From: Nitrospirota bacterium
GTDB taxonomy: Bacteria; Nitrospirota; UBA9217
Reading direction: 5' to 3'
Length of the DNA stretch: 64,000 bases
NCBI GenBank assembly: GCA_963840455.1
Contig: CAWIYV010000004.1
Coordinates: 165,809 to 229,808 of the forward strand
Shown here: positions 20,501 through 31,917 of the stretch, piece by piece
How the letters are laid out: each line of letters starts with the position of its first letter
Numbering within the stretch: the stretch's first letter is position 1
The notes under the pieces: model-generated
What the model was told of the DNA's origin: nothing
Database searches by the model: none
The model's input: the letters and a program-made list of their open reading frames with translations, nothing else
Made by a program: the position numbers and the translations under genes

Positions 20501-20956
20501 ATGAAGAAATTACCCATCAAGGTTGTCCCCATGACCCGGGCACATATCCCGGCATGCAACGAGATCGTGGCGACGTCAGAACCGTGGAAGACCCTGCGGG
20601 AGAGTGTCGACTTCCTTCCGTCCATCAAACGGAAGCATGCGTTCGTGGCGGTCATCGAAGGGTCCGTGGCCGGCTTCGTGATCTTCACGCCCGAACCAGT
20701 CTTCGCCCGAGGCGGGTACCTCCGCGCCATCGGCGTGGCATCTGCGATACGCGGGTTCGGCGTCGGAAAGCTCCTGATGGCTTTCGCCGAGAGAACGACG
20801 GCAAAGAAAGCCCCGAACTTCTTCCTCTGCGTCTCATCCTTTAACAAGCCTGCCCAGGCGTTCTACCGGAATAACGGGTATGCGAAGATCGGGAAGATCG
20901 ATGGCCTGATCCGAAAGGGCGCTTCGGAGTATATCTATTGGAAGAAACTGCGGTAG
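20501..20956 (+). CDS. GNAT family N-acetyltransferase
   Basis: RGFGVGKLL and N..AQAFYRNNGY motifs. Confidence 0.85.
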   Translation: MKKLPIKVVPMTRAHIPACNEIVATSEPWKTLRESVDFLPSIKRKHAFVAVIEGSVAGFVIFTPEPVFARGGYLRAIGVASAIRGFGVGKLLMAFAERTTAKKAPNFFLCVSSFNKPAQAFYRNNGYAKIGKIDGLIRKGASEYIYWKKLR

Positions 20957-21131
20957 AAAGGGAATGTGCAACTAACTTCCTGTTCGTTGCATGCGCTGCC
21001 ATCACTGCGTTAATGCATAATACAAGCTCTATTCTTGAACATTCATCATTTAGGACTTAAATCCCAAATTCCCTTGTGCTTCTCTCTTTCTGACTATCGG
21101 GGTGGTACCGTTTTTAGGGGGGCAAGAGGAT

Positions 21132-24005
21132 ATGAAATCTGAAGGACAACCAAGAGATCGCCGTGCTCTGCCGGAGAACTATAAAAAGTTCCATAAGGAA
21201 GTGGCCGGTTTTATTCCCGGTTCAAGGCTTTTTTGCGACCCGTTAAGGACCCTTGCATACGGCACGGACGCTAGTTTCTACCGGCTCATCCCGAAGATAG
21301 TGCTTAAGGTGAGGTCTCCTGAAGAGGTCTCAAGAATACTACAGATTGCCACACGCTGCAAGGTTCCTGTTACATTCAGGGCGGCTGGCACCAGTCTCTC
21401 CGGCCAGGCAGTGACCGACTCTGTGCTGATCGTACTGGCAGGTTCATGGAAGAACTATTCCATTCACGACAATGGTGAACGGATAATCCTCGAGCCCGGC
21501 GTAATAGGTGCCGAAGCCAATCGTTACCTCAGCCCCTATGGCAGAAAGATAGGCCCGGATCCTGCTTCAATAAACAGCTGCATGGTTGGCGGTATTGCAG
21601 CGAATAACGCAAGCGGCATGTGCTGCGGTACTGCGCAGAACAGCTATCAAACCGTTGAGAGCATGAGGATCATCTTCTGTGATGGTACGAGGCTTGATAC
21701 CGGAGTTCCTCAATCGAGACGTTCTTTTGCAGAATCCCATAGGAAGTTGATCAAAGAGATCGAGGATATAAGGAATGAAATCCACAATGACCATGCGCTC
21801 AGGGAACGAATCCGCCACAAATACCGCATAAAGAACACCACCGGATACAGCATCAATGCCTTCATCGATTATTTCGATCCCTTTGATATTATCCTCCATC
21901 TCATGATCGGATCGGAAGGCACGCTCGGATTCAACGCGGAGATCACGTATAAGACAGTGGTGGAGCACACCCATAAAGCGAGCGCGCTCATTGTTTTCCC
22001 GAACATAGAAAATGCCTGCCGGGCAGCTATTATCCTTAAAAGAGGGCCCTCTTCTGCAGTGGAGTTGATGGATAGAGCATCTCTCCGGTCCGTGGAAAGC
22101 AGGGAAGGGATGCCTCTGTATTTGAAGCACCTGGGCGAAGAGGCTGCAGCACTCCTTTTAGAGACGAGGGCGGACGACGAGATTTCACTCAAGAGACAGG
22201 GGGAAGAGATAACGGCCTCTCTCCGGCCTGTACCGACGGTCTTCCCGGTATTGTTTACCGATAGGAAAGATGAATCCGAAATACTTTGGGACGTGAGAAG
22301 AGGACTCTTCCCCGCTGTGGGAGGCGCGCGGAAGATTGGCACGACCGTGATCATAGAAGATGTCGCCTTCCCGATTGAAAGGCTTGCCAGTGCTACGCTT
22401 GAACTGGAGCGGTTGCTGAAACAGCATGGCTACTACGAGGCGATCATCTTCGGCCATGCCCTTGATGGGAACCTCCACTTTGTCTTCACACAGGATTTCA
22501 GCAATCCCGAAGAGGTGAAAAGATACCAGCGTCTTATGGACGATGTCTGTAGCATTGTGGTTCATAAATACGACGGTTCTTTAAAAGGTGAACACGGGAC
22601 AGGCAGGAACATGGCCCCCTTTGTTGAACTTGAGTGGGGGGAAAAAGCCTACAATGTCATGAAGAGGATTAAGAGGGCCTTCGACCCCTGCAACCTTCTG
22701 AACCCCGGAGTCCTGATAAATGATAAACCTGCCGTGCATCTCGACAATCTGAAGCCGCTCCCGAAAACCCATGAGATTGTCGACAAATGTATTGAATGCG
22801 GTTTTTGCGAGGTGAAATGCCCCTCACGGAATCTCACAACGACACCGAGGCAGCGCATCGTAATACAGAGGGAAGTTTCACGATTACGTGCAATCGGGGA
22901 GACCCCTGATCTCCTGAAGCGCCTCGAAAGAGACTATGCATATCTCGGCGAGCAGACCTGTGCGGCAGATGGCCTCTGCGCAACGGCCTGTCCGGTTTCG
23001 ATTAATACCGGAGATCTCGCGAAATATCTGCGCTCTCTGCGGAACAGCAGAAGGAAGGTTCGTGCTGCTCAATGGGTTGTCGATCATTATTCCGCTGTTA
23101 CATCAGGCGTCCGATCAGGCCTTCAAGCAGCTGACGCCGTCCACTCGCTGTTTGGCACATCACTGATGAGCAGCCTCACAAAAGGGGCAAGGGCCTTGTC
23201 AGGGAATACAATCCCCCTCTGGAATCCCCATATGCCAAAGGGGGTCCCACCGTCGATATTCCGGGACATCAGAAAAGGTTCCGACCGCAAGGCCGTCTAT
23301 TTCCCAAGCTGTGTCGTGAGGACTATGGGCCCCTCCAGGAAGGATACAGACCAGAGAACGGTATTCGATGCTGTGCTTTCTGTTCTGGATAAGGCAGGTT
23401 ACGATGTCTTGTTCCCTGACGGAATGGAAAACCTGTGCTGTGGCATGCCGTTCGAAAGCAAAGGCTTCTTCGAACAGGCTGATCAGATGTCGCGTGAGCT
23501 CGAAAAGGCGCTCCTTGACCGCAGTAATCAAGGAGAATACCCCGTGCTCTGCGATACGAGCCCATGTCTGTACCGTATGAGAAGAGCCTTTAGGAGTAAT
23601 TTCAAACTCTATGAGCCTGTAGAGTTTATCCACACGTTCCTCATGGACCGCTTGGACTTCAGGAAGGTCCCTGAGACTGTGGCGGTGCACATTACGTGCA
23701 GTTCGGCAAAGATGGGACTAGCTGACAAATTCAGGGCTTTGGCGGCAGCCTGTGCCGAAAAGGTCGTGATACCAGAGAATGTTGGCTGCTGCGGTTTCGC
23801 AGGTGACAGGGGCTTCAGCTATCCTGAACTGAACCGATCGGCCCTCGAGGAATTGCGGGCATCACTGCCCCGTGATTGCCGGTCCGGATACTCGAACAGT
23901 CGCACCTGCGAGATTGGCCTTTCCCTTCACGGCGGGATCGGATACCAATCCATAGCCTATTTGGTCGACCGGTGTACGGCAAAAAAACAGAAAAGGGAGA
24001 CGTGA
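21132..24005 (+). CDS. FAD- and Fe-S-binding oxidoreductase (Dld-II-type D-lactate dehydrogenase)
   Basis: FRAAGTSLSGQ, GHALDGNLH, GEHGTG, CIECGFCE..CP and CCG domains. Confidence 0.88.
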   Translation: MKSEGQPRDRRALPENYKKFHKEVAGFIPGSRLFCDPLRTLAYGTDASFYRLIPKIVLKVRSPEEVSRILQIATRCKVPVTFRAAGTSLSGQAVTDSVLIVLAGSWKNYSIHDNGERIILEPGVIGAEANRYLSPYGRKIGPDPASINSCMVGGIAANNASGMCCGTAQNSYQTVESMRIIFCDGTRLDTGVPQSRRSFAESHRKLIKEIEDIRNEIHNDHALRERIRHKYRIKNTTGYSINAFIDYFDPFDIILHLMIGSEGTLGFNAEITYKTVVEHTHKASALIVFPNIENACRAAIILKRGPSSAVELMDRASLRSVESREGMPLYLKHLGEEAAALLLETRADDEISLKRQGEEITASLRPVPTVFPVLFTDRKDESEILWDVRRGLFPAVGGARKIGTTVIIEDVAFPIERLASATLELERLLKQHGYYEAIIFGHALDGNLHFVFTQDFSNPEEVKRYQRLMDDVCSIVVHKYDGSLKGEHGTGRNMAPFVELEWGEKAYNVMKRIKRAFDPCNLLNPGVLINDKPAVHLDNLKPLPKTHEIVDKCIECGFCEVKCPSRNLTTTPRQRIVIQREVSRLRAIGETPDLLKRLERDYAYLGEQTCAADGLCATACPVSINTGDLAKYLRSLRNSRRKVRAAQWVVDHYSAVTSGVRSGLQAADAVHSLFGTSLMSSLTKGARALSGNTIPLWNPHMPKGVPPSIFRDIRKGSDRKAVYFPSCVVRTMGPSRKDTDQRTVFDAVLSVLDKAGYDVLFPDGMENLCCGMPFESKGFFEQADQMSRELEKALLDRSNQGEYPVLCDTSPCLYRMRRAFRSNFKLYEPVEFIHTFLMDRLDFRKVPETVAVHITCSSAKMGLADKFRALAAACAEKVVIPENVGCCGFAGDRGFSYPELNRSALEELRASLPRDCRSGYSNSRTCEIGLSLHGGIGYQSIAYLVDRCTAKKQKRET

Positions 24006-24260
24006 TCTCCGTTGGATCGATTTTTCAAAAGGATTAAGGGCGACCTGCCGCCGCTTATTGTGCCGGGTTGAGAATTGGACTTTATGGGTTTGAGGGTTCC
24101 TGTTGTGGAGCGGTGACGTGCAAGTTTCAACCTGTATTCGGCGCTTTCTATATATCAAGTGATATTGCAGTCTTGTGGATACTATGAATAGGCAATGAAC
24201 CCATGAATGGTGCTACCGGCAGAGCCAATTCTCTGATTATCTAGACAACCGCATATCACT

Positions 24261-24827
24261 TCAAGCAGTCCTCAATATCGCCTCGTACAATCCCCACACC
24301 CCGAACAGGATGAACAGGATCGCTGCAAACCACTTTACCTGCTTCTCCGGAAGCTTTTTATGCAGGACAATGCCGACGATGATGCCGATGGCGTCTGCGA
24401 TCAGCATCCCCGCAGTGGTCCCCGCCCAGACCGGGATAATCGTGTTGAAGTCCGCGGCAAGGGCGACCGTGGCGAGCTGGGTCTTATCGCCCATCTCAGC
24501 AATGAAGAAGGCTATGGCAACGGTCCAGAAGGGGCTGAAGTTGAACCGCTTGTCCTCGTCCCCCAGCTTATCGCCCCGGATGGTCCAGAGACCGAAAAGG
24601 ATGAACGAGACAGCAGCAGCGACCTTGATCCAGGACATCGGAATAATATGCGTGAGGTAGTTCCCTGCGAGAACTGCAAGGAAGTGGTTCGCGGCAGTCG
24701 CGACGAAGACGCCCCACATCACGGTCTGCCACCGGAAGCGAGAGGCAAAGGCCATTGCCAGGAGCTGGGTCTTGTCGCCCATCTCGGCAAGGACGACAAA
24801 AGCTAGGGAGGTGAGGAACGCGGTCAA
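24261..24827 (-). CDS. TMEM165/GDT1 (UPF0016) cation transporter
   Basis: Two EMGDKTQL motifs. Confidence 0.93.
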   Translation of the reverse strand: MTAFLTSLAFVVLAEMGDKTQLLAMAFASRFRWQTVMWGVFVATAANHFLAVLAGNYLTHIIPMSWIKVAAAVSFILFGLWTIRGDKLGDEDKRFNFSPFWTVAIAFFIAEMGDKTQLATVALAADFNTIIPVWAGTTAGMLIADAIGIIVGIVLHKKLPEKQVKWFAAILFILFGVWGLYEAILRTA

Positions 24828-24914
24828 TTCAATATCTTCCTAGTGTGATTGTTTTCCATCTACACGCCTGACGTTTATCAATGAAGGTATCATTACTATA
24901 CATCATCCTTACCG

Positions 24915-25048
24915 TTATCCCCGAATGCATCTAATGGGGATCCAGAAATTACCTCACGGGACCTGGATTCCCTATCCATAACCCCACGGTTATCCTTCCC
25001 TTAAACGAAGGGGATGGGTAGTGAGAAGTTAATCACCGCGGGAATGAT
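24915..25048. repeat. Degenerate REP-like inverted hairpin pair
   Basis: TTATCCCC..GGGGATCCAG / CTGGATTCCC..CGGGAATGA. Confidence 0.5.
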
Positions 25049-25122
25049 GATGAATGTGGCCGGTGTAAAGAAATCAGCCCTGATTCTTCTCAGTGATCTC
25101 TGTGTCTCCTTGGTGAAATAGC

Positions 25123-25830
25123 CTACTTCAGAACGTCCTGCTGTTTCTTGACCAGCGCCTTGATGCCCTTCTCGCCCAGGGCCAGCAGTTTCCCAAGCTC
25201 CGCCTTGGAGAACGGCTCACCCTCTGCCGTGCCCTGCACTTCTACGATCTTTCCCTTCCCGGTCATCACCAGGTTCATGTCCACCTCGGCCCCCGAGTCC
25301 TCGATGTAACAAAGGTCAAGCATGGGCTTGCCGTCGACGATCCCCACGCTTACCGCGGCAAGATAATCCAGAACAGGAACATGCTCGATCAACCCCTGCT
25401 TCTTCACATGCCGCAGGGCATCGACGAGCGCGATATAGGCGCCTGTGATGGATGCCGTGCGCGTGCCGCCGTCCGCCTGCACTACATCGCAGTCGATCAG
25501 CACCGACCGCTCGCCCAGTGCCTTCATGTCCACCACGGACCGGAGCGCCCTGCCGATGAGCCGCTGGATCTCGTGCGTCCTGCCGCCGACCTTGGACCGC
25601 TCCCGCTGGATGCGCTGGCCCGACGAACGCGGCAGCATGGCGTATTCCGCCGTCACCCAGCCCGTGCCTTTGCCGCGCAGGAACGGCGGGACCGAATTCT
25701 CCACCGTCGCTGTGCAGATGACCCAGGTGTCGCCCATCTGGATCAGGACGGAGCCTTCCGCCGACTTGATGTAGTTCCTGATGATCTTGATCTTGCGGAG
25801 TTCGTCCGCCTTCCTGCCGTCAGTACGCAT
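25123..25830 (-). CDS. rph: Ribonuclease PH
   Basis: [31 protein letters not shown]. Confidence 0.97.
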   Translation of the reverse strand: MRTDGRKADELRKIKIIRNYIKSAEGSVLIQMGDTWVICTATVENSVPPFLRGKGTGWVTAEYAMLPRSSGQRIQRERSKVGGRTHEIQRLIGRALRSVVDMKALGERSVLIDCDVVQADGGTRTASITGAYIALVDALRHVKKQGLIEHVPVLDYLAAVSVGIVDGKPMLDLCYIEDSGAEVDMNLVMTGKGKIVEVQGTAEGEPFSKAELGKLLALGEKGIKALVKKQQDVLK

Positions 25831-25848
25831 GAAACCTCCATTGGGAAC

Positions 25849-26198
25849 TACGGATGAACAGCCTTGTTACCCACAGATGAACACAGATAGAATCAAAGTC
25901 GATAGTAACCACGGATGAACACGGATAAGACCAAAACCAATGCGATCAAGTTTACCGCAGAGATCGCGGAGATTACAGGGGAAAATCAATGACCATTCTT
26001 TTAATAACTGCTTCAGCAACCACAGATGGACACAGATAGAAACGAAGATCGATATAAACCACGGATGTAGACCTAGGCAAGAGACACGATTTCACGCTGT
26101 AACTTCCCAAACAGAGGAGCTTCCTGTCTTTAATCTGTGTTCATCCATGGTTCCAGAAGTCTTCATTGTCTTTGTTTCCACCGTGTTCATCCGTGGTT
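25849..26198. repeat. Cluster of CCACRGATGAACAC-type repeats, direct then inverted
   Basis: CCACAGATGAACACAGAT, CCACGGATGAACACGGAT, then TCTGTGTTCATCCATGGT and CCGTGTTCATCCGTGGT. Confidence 0.75.
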
Positions 26199-26201
26199 CA
26201 G

Positions 26202-26969
26202 TCAGAACTGAAAGTACTTGGTCCTGCTTCTTCCCACGGGCTTCGCCTTCTTCAACATCTTTTCCACAAATCCCTTCGCCTTTTCCACAGCCTTTTCCAC
26301 AGGGTATCCCTGGCCTATGAACACGGCAATGGCGGAGGAAAGAACGCAGCCCGTGCCGTGAAAATCGCCTTTCAGGCGCTCTGTGGAAAAGCTCAGCACC
26401 GTTTTTCCGCCGTAGAGCGTGTCGATCGCCGGTCCGGTCCTGTGGCCGCCCTTGATCAGCACGTATTTCGGCCCCATATCCATGAACTTCCCGGCTGCAA
26501 AATCCATATCCTGGTCGGTCATGATCCGCATCCCCGTCAAAACCTCTGCCTCAGGTATGTTCGGGGTGATCACGAGTGCCAGGGGGAACAGGCTCTTCTT
26601 GAGGGACCTGACCCCATCCGGCTTGATCAGCATCGTTCCGGAACTGGAGCGGATGACCGGATCAATGATCAGGTTTCTGATCCGGTGCTTGCCCATTGCT
26701 TTTGCCACGGCGTCAACTGCCTGCTTCGTGAACAGCATCCCGGCCTTTATGGCGTCAGGCTTGATGTCAGAGAGAAGCGTCTCGATCTGCTGTGACAGCT
26801 CCCGGGGGATAACCGGACAGGCTCCGATCACACCCCCGCTGTTCTGGATCGTGAGCGCAGCCGGTATCGCCATCCCGTATGCGCCGAGCGCCTGGAAGGT
26901 CTTGAGGTCAACTTGGATGCCTGCCCCGCCCGAGGGGTCGGAGCCGGCGATGGAGAGGATCTTGATCAT
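26202..26969 (-). CDS. thiD: Hydroxymethylpyrimidine/phosphomethylpyrimidine kinase
   Basis: IAGSDPSGGAGIQ.D, TPNIPEA, KGGH, HGTGC. Confidence 0.95.
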   Translation of the reverse strand: MIKILSIAGSDPSGGAGIQVDLKTFQALGAYGMAIPAALTIQNSGGVIGACPVIPRELSQQIETLLSDIKPDAIKAGMLFTKQAVDAVAKAMGKHRIRNLIIDPVIRSSSGTMLIKPDGVRSLKKSLFPLALVITPNIPEAEVLTGMRIMTDQDMDFAAGKFMDMGPKYVLIKGGHRTGPAIDTLYGGKTVLSFSTERLKGDFHGTGCVLSSAIAVFIGQGYPVEKAVEKAKGFVEKMLKKAKPVGRSRTKYFQF

Positions 26970-27085
26970 GAGGCAGCCACGATGCGGTCGATAGTCATGA
27001 AGCAGTCGAAAAGCGGTCAAGAATCCAGTTCTCGTCTCCCGTCTTTACCGTTGACCCCTTACCACACGTCTAACAACGACGGAGT

Positions 27086-27928
27086 TCAATCCAATTTCAG
27101 CTTGGTCAATTCCAGCGGATCAACCTTCGCGCCCTGTACGCGCACACCCCAGTGGAGATGTGCGCCCGTGGACCTGCCGGTCGATCCCACCAAGGCGATC
27201 ACATCGCCCTTCCGCACCGCCTGGCCGTACTTGACCATGGCCTTCGAGAGGTGGAAAAACATGGTATAGATGCCCTGGCCATGGTCCAGCACGACGCTGT
27301 TGCCTGAGTAAAACTGGTCGTCCACCAGGATGACGACGCCGTCGTTCGGCGCCTTCACCGGGTCCCCCTCGTCGGCGGTAATGTCCACGCCCGAGTGGGG
27401 GTTCTTGGGAATGTTATTGATGATCCGTCGCACGCCGAAGGGCGTGCCGACCGTCTTCCCCGGCAGCGGATCGATGAAGCGCCCTCTCCAGACGCGCAGG
27501 GAATCGACGGGCCAGATGGCCGCCATCTTCCTTTGATCACGCTCTGCCCGCGCCTCGTTCTCGGGCGAGAGGACCACCATGTCCTCTGGGAGGGTGAGCC
27601 GTTGGACCGGATACTTCTTCTTCGAGATCAACACGTCCCGGGAAAGCGGTGTACCGTCCACGGACAGTGCGAGCTGATAGGTACCGGGCTCGGTGTTCAG
27701 GTCGATGCCAGTGACCGCCTTGGCGGCGCCCTTCGCTGGATTGAAGTGGAGCTGTTTTCCCCGGAACGAGCCTTCCACCATTCCGACCGCGTTCTTCACC
27801 GTCACGACCATGAGCCCGCCGGGAACGATCTTCTTAGGCGAGATCAGGACAGACGGCTCCGATGCAATGGCTTCGATTCCGACGAGCAAGAAGAGCACTA
27901 CGATAAGTACCCTCCCTATCAACTGCAT
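27086..27928 (-). CDS. M23 family metallopeptidase
   Basis: HSGVD, FHLS, GRSTGAHLH motifs; signal peptide. Confidence 0.92.
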   Translation of the reverse strand: MQLIGRVLIVVLFLLVGIEAIASEPSVLISPKKIVPGGLMVVTVKNAVGMVEGSFRGKQLHFNPAKGAAKAVTGIDLNTEPGTYQLALSVDGTPLSRDVLISKKKYPVQRLTLPEDMVVLSPENEARAERDQRKMAAIWPVDSLRVWRGRFIDPLPGKTVGTPFGVRRIINNIPKNPHSGVDITADEGDPVKAPNDGVVILVDDQFYSGNSVVLDHGQGIYTMFFHLSKAMVKYGQAVRKGDVIALVGSTGRSTGAHLHWGVRVQGAKVDPLELTKLKLD

Positions 27929-28008
27929 CGCTGCTCCTTGACCCATGACCCATGCCCCTGGACCCTTAATGTATTCCGCATTCCGCACTGAACCGTTCCC
28001 CCCCGCTC

Positions 28009-29331
<1,323 letters not shown>

Positions 29332-29371
29332 AACTCTACCTCGCCTCGTTGCTTCCGGGCAGGAACGAGTC

Positions 29372-30028
29372 CTACCGGGGAGAGCAGTCTAGACAGACAC
29401 GCCGGTTCAGAACGGTCGCCGCCTGAACGAACATGGCCGCGGCCTCTTTTATGTCAGGGGCAGCCAGGATGGCCGAGATCATCGCCATACCCGAGGCACC
29501 GGACATAATAACCTGCCTTACATTCCCACTTTTTATCCCACCGAGCGCAAATATTGGAATCTTAACTTCATTTTTTAGTGCTTTTATAGCATCTATCCCC
29601 ACAGGAGCACCATATTCTGATTTTGACGGGGTCTGGAATATGGGCCCGAAGGTAATGAAGTCGGCCCCGCCAGCCTCTGCTGCCCTTGCTTCTTCCGGAT
29701 CATGCGTTGACACACCTATCAGCAGCCCCTTGCCTGCGGCCTTCCTGACGGCTTCAGGAGGCATGCTCTGGTGGCCTAGATGCACTCCGTCGGCGCCAGC
29801 TGCCACAGCCACGTCGACCCGGTCGTTGATGAACAGCTTCGCCCCGAACTCCCGGGTGATCGCCCGCAGTTCCTGCGCCAGGGCAAGCAACTCCCGCACC
29901 GGCAGGTCCTTCTCCCTGAGCTGCACCGCCCTCACGCCGCCCTGGAGCGCCAGCCGGACAGCCTCCGGGAGAGGCTTCACCGCGATCTTCCGGTCGGTAA
30001 TGAGATACAGTCTGAAATCGACGGACAA
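29372..30028 (-). CDS. thiE: Thiamine phosphate synthase
   Basis: QLREK, INDRVD, DGVHLG, GPIF.T.SK, ALGGI. Confidence 0.95.
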   Translation of the reverse strand: MSVDFRLYLITDRKIAVKPLPEAVRLALQGGVRAVQLREKDLPVRELLALAQELRAITREFGAKLFINDRVDVAVAAGADGVHLGHQSMPPEAVRKAAGKGLLIGVSTHDPEEARAAEAGGADFITFGPIFQTPSKSEYGAPVGIDAIKALKNEVKIPIFALGGIKSGNVRQVIMSGASGMAMISAILAAPDIKEAAAMFVQAATVLNRRVCLDCSPR

Positions 30029-30140
30029 TGCATGATCCTTTCACCGCAGAGAACGTCAAAAGCAACTGCACTTTTTTTTCTCTAAGACCGGAACCCAGAC
30101 CCTCGACTTCCTCATCTGCCGTTCCTCTGCGGTAAAACGC

Positions 30141-30920
30141 CTAGCTGCTGATCATCCCTTCGACGGGGCTGCTGGCCGTGGCATAGAGCTTCTTCGGCAT
30201 CCTGCCGGCCTTATACGCGAGTCTTCCCGCCATGACGCCGTACTTCATGGCCTCCGCCATCCTGATCGGGTCCTTTGCCGCCGAGATTGCCGTATTCAAC
30301 AGCACGGCGTCGCAGCCCAGCTCCATGGCTATGGCAACGTCTGAGGCCGTTCCCACGCCCGCATCCACAATGACCGGCACCTTTACGGACTCCATGATGA
30401 TCCGGATATTATAAGGGTTCCTGATGCCGAGGCCTGACCCGATAGGCGCGGCAAGCGGCATGACCGCAGGGCAGCCGATGTCCACAAGCTTCTTCGCCAT
30501 GACGGGGTCATCGCTCATGTAAGGCAGGACGATCAGCCCCTCCTTCAGCAGCACCTTCGCAGCCTCCAGCGTGGCCTCGTTGTCCGGGAAGAGCGTCCTC
30601 TCGTCGCCGATCACCTCGAGCTTCACCAGCTTTGTGATGCCTGCCTCGGCGGCCAGCATGGCGGTCCGGATGGCGTCCTTGGCCGTATAGCAGCCCGCCG
30701 TGTTCGGCAGGATCTTGTACTTCTTCGGGTCGATGTAGTCGAGCAGATTCTCCTTCGACTTGTCGATGATATTCACTCTCCGCACCGCGACCGTGACCAC
30801 GTCCGTGCCCGAGGCCTCGATGGCCCGCCGCGTCTCGTCGAAATCCTTGTACTTCCCCGTCCCGACCCAGAGCCGGGACTTGAACTCGATGCCTGCGATC
30901 ATCAATGTATCGTTGGTCAT
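30141..30920 (-). CDS. thiG: Thiazole synthase
   Basis: [31 protein letters not shown]. Confidence 0.98.
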   Translation of the reverse strand: MTNDTLMIAGIEFKSRLWVGTGKYKDFDETRRAIEASGTDVVTVAVRRVNIIDKSKENLLDYIDPKKYKILPNTAGCYTAKDAIRTAMLAAEAGITKLVKLEVIGDERTLFPDNEATLEAAKVLLKEGLIVLPYMSDDPVMAKKLVDIGCPAVMPLAAPIGSGLGIRNPYNIRIIMESVKVPVIVDAGVGTASDVAIAMELGCDAVLLNTAISAAKDPIRMAEAMKYGVMAGRLAYKAGRMPKKLYATASSPVEGMISS

Positions 30921-31027
30921 GCTATTGCTCCCTCATGAATTACCTTGCCGCAGGGATCTCGGAGCGCAGAGAACTTCTCATACGATCCGCCTTGCGACCT
31001 CCCCGGCGACCTCTGTGCCCTCTGTGG

Positions 31028-31366
31028 CTACTTTTTATTGTTCTCTTTTTTCTTCGCTTTCTTTTTCGCCAAGACCCCGCCGCGCGCGTGGACCTGCACG
31101 TAGCAATTGTACGAGGCGAGCGCCTTCCCGCTCTCGCGGTCCGTGCTCTTCTTGTAAACCACTTGCAGCCTTGTCTCGTCGCTCTCGAACCGGAGCAGGT
31201 CCTTCAGCCGCGACAGTACGCTGTCCACGAAGGCCTTGCTGCCCGTGATCCTGACACCGTCCTCGGCGTAGGTGCTGCCCTCGTGGGTGTACCGCACCGC
31301 CTTGGGAGCTAGCTTCTGGTTGACACGCAGCTTCGCCCAGTGCTTCAGGAACGGCTTCTTCTCCAT
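31028..31366 (-). CDS. Hypothetical basic protein within the thi operon
   Basis: AGGAGG RBS, 112 aa, Lys-rich tail, host codon usage. Confidence 0.75.
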   Translation of the reverse strand: MEKKPFLKHWAKLRVNQKLAPKAVRYTHEGSTYAEDGVRITGSKAFVDSVLSRLKDLLRFESDETRLQVVYKKSTDRESGKALASYNCYVQVHARGGVLAKKKAKKKENNKK

Positions 31367-31465
31367 GAGGTCCCTCCTTTGCTCTGAGTGACGAGTGAAA
31401 AGCGACAAAGCATGATCGGTCAGTACCGCTGCCTTGCCGTACCCTTCAACTTTCAACCTTGAATT

Positions 31466-31696
31466 TTATACGTAAAACCTTGAACCAGCGCCTTCGGCGC
31501 CTCCTCCCATGAAGCTCACCACTTCCAGGGCGTCGCCATCCTTGAGCACGGTGGACACATACACAGCCTTTTTCACGATCTCCTCGTTCCGCTCCACCGC
31601 CACCCGCTGGTGCTGGATGTTCAGGAGCTCGAGCAGTCCGGAGACGGTGAGTCCGTCGTGGACGTCCTTCTTTTCGCCATTCAGCGTGATCGTCAT
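31466..31696 (-). CDS. thiS: Sulfur carrier protein ThiS with C-terminal extension
   Basis: ITLNGE, VAVERN, L.DGD.LEVVSFMGGG, then AEGAGSRFYV. Confidence 0.9.
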   Translation of the reverse strand: MTITLNGEKKDVHDGLTVSGLLELLNIQHQRVAVERNEEIVKKAVYVSTVLKDGDALEVVSFMGGGAEGAGSRFYV

Positions 31697-31700
31697 AATG

Positions 31701-31730
31701 AAAAAGCCGTACCCGGGATAGGGTACGGCT
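31701..31730 (-). terminator. TPP riboswitch expression-platform terminator
   Basis: AGCCGTACCC-TATCCC-GGGTACGGCT-TTTT immediately before the thiS ATG. Confidence 0.8.
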
Positions 31731-31756
31731 GGAGAGGTTGGATGCTCATGGTGTAC

Positions 31757-31843
31757 TCGCCTTCCCTACGCCGGCACTACCCGGATCAGGTTCCAAGGGT
31801 CGTCCTGGATCAGGACTCTCAGCCTCGCGGCTCCCCCGGCTAT
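31757..31843 (-). ncRNA. TPP riboswitch (THI element)
   Basis: GGGGAGC..GCTGAGA..ACCCTTGGAACCTGATCCGGGTAGTGCCGGCGTAGGGAA upstream of thiS. Confidence 0.95.
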
Positions 31844-31917
31844 GTGCAGGTACAATACAGCACTTTCCGGCATAAAGTCAAGGCATTCCACGTTATCCCT
31901 GACCCCATTTCCGGCAT

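Noticed and set aside
24830-25120. yybP-ykoY manganese riboswitch upstream of the GDT1 gene
   Set aside because: No GGGGAGUAG or GAGACC core; the region holds REP-like hairpins instead.
25849-26198. CRISPR array
   Set aside because: Repeats are short, degenerate, irregularly spaced and switch orientation; no cas genes in the window.
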